From Chloropicon primus (taxonomy: Eukaryota), in assembly GCA_023205875.1 (NCBI GenBank), contig CP060758.1, forward strand, positions 1,098,319-1,118,318: a DNA stretch of 20,000 nucleotides, given 5' to 3'. The stretch's first letter is position 1, and the number at the start of each line of letters is the position of its first letter. Shown piece after piece: positions 19,002-20,000 of the stretch. The translations under genes and the position numbers were made by a program. The notes under the pieces are model-generated. The model did not search any database, was not told where the DNA came from, and saw only the letters and a list, made by a program, of their open reading frames with translations.

Positions 19002-19710
19002 GGAAAACATGCGGGGGCTTGGAGGCACCACGGAAAGGTTGGATGATGCGACGGTGTCTTTCACTTAGGCTTCTTTTGTTCTCCGGCTCCTTTCCTTGGC
19101 CAGGTCGTCCTTCCTTTCTTCCTCGGGCAAACCCTACTCAAGGCACTTACGACCCACGAGAGGGCCTTTTAGGCGTTAGGTTTTAGGACTCCCAAGGCTT
19201 TAGGAAACGCGGTGCTTTGGAGGCACCACGGAAAGGTTGGATGATGCAACGGTGTCTTTCTCTTAGGCTTCTTTTGTTCCCCGGCTCCTTTCCTTGGCCA
19301 GGTCGTCCTTCCTTTCTTCCTCGGGCAAACCCTACTCAAGGCACTTCGGACCCACGAGAGGGCCTTTTAGGCGTTAGGTTTTCGGACTCCCAAGGCTTTA
19401 GGAAACGCGGTGACTCGGAGGCACCACGGCAAGCTTGGATGATGCGACGGTGTCTTTCTCCTAGGCTTCTTTTGTTCCCCGGCTCCTTTCCTTGGCCAAG
19501 TCGTCCTTCCTTTCTTCCTCGGGCAAACCCTACTCAAGACACTTCGGACCCACGAGAGGGCCTTTTAGGCGTTAGGTTTTCGGACTCCCAAGGCTTTAGG
19601 AAACGCGGTGACTCGGAGGCACCACGGCAAGCTTGGATGATGCGACGGTGTCTTTCTCCCAGGCTTCTGTTGTCCTCGGGCTCCTTTCCTTGGCCAGGAC
19701 TTCCTTCCTT
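19002..19710. repeat. Subtelomeric tandem repeat, 198-bp unit, ~3.5 copies
   Basis: The anchor GGAGGCACCACGG recurs at 19021, 19219, 19417 and 19615 (exact 198-bp spacing). Units contain TTTTAGG/TTTAGG/TTAGG motifs. The last copy is truncated at the telomere. Confidence 0.97.
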
Positions 19711-20000
19711 AGGTTTGTAGGTTTGTAGGTTTGTAGGTTGTTAGGTTTAGGTTTTAGGTTTTAGGTTTAGGTTTAGGTTTTAGGTTTTAGGGTTTTAGGG
19801 TTTAGGTTTAGGTTTAGGTTTTAGGTTTTAGGTTTTAGGCCCAGGCCCAGGCCCAGGCCCAGGCCTTAGGCCCAGGCCCAGGCTCCAGGCCCAGGCCTTA
19901 GGCTTTAGGTTTTAGGTTTTAGGTTTTAGGTTTTAGGTTTTAGGTTTTAGGTTTTAGGTTTTAGGTTTTTAGGTTTTAGGTTTTAGGTTTTAGGTTTAGG
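19709..20000 (+). repeat. Telomere: TTTTAGG main unit with TTTAGG, TTTTAGGG, TTTGTAGG and CCCAGG variants
   Basis: The G-rich strand runs 5'->3' toward the window end, as expected at a right-hand chromosome end. Near-pure TTTTAGG from 19910 to 20000, with variant units proximally. Confidence 0.95.

Noticed and set aside
19217..19720. ORF of 66-aa repeats through the 198-bp satellite
   Set aside because: It stays open only because the unit length is a multiple of 3. Copy 1 has an in-frame TAG at 19184-19186, there is no codon bias, and all three minus-strand frames of the unit contain stops.

Overview
This window is the last ~20 kb of a eukaryotic chromosome arm. It most likely comes from a small, gene-dense, intron-poor green alga of prasinophyte or Chloropicon-like type. 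That assignment is inferred from GC-rich codons, CTGAC/ACTGAC branch points, TGTAA poly(A)-like signals, a plant-like insert in RNR1 and T3-4AGG telomeres. Gene order: RPS17 (ATG-only first exon plus intron); a 2585-aa single-exon Trithorax/ATX-like SET protein (- strand); DPH7 head-to-head with it; RNR1 with an E2F-like promoter; a PGYG-repeat proline-rich protein; three apparently secreted proteins (a stand-alone P-domain-like protein, an orphan, and an intron-containing chlorophyllase/PETase-like alpha/beta-hydrolase); a 198-bp subtelomeric tandem repeat; and the telomere, which contains an internal (CCCAGG)n block. The most unusual feature is the SET protein. It has about 7-8 Tudor-like domains, 2 PWWP, PHD/PHD/ePHD, 3 SAND-like domains (one split), a Win-like motif, six repeated Dpy-30/AKAP-like amphipathic helices, and Phe at the Phe/Tyr switch. 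All family calls come from motif recognition by eye; no searches were run.
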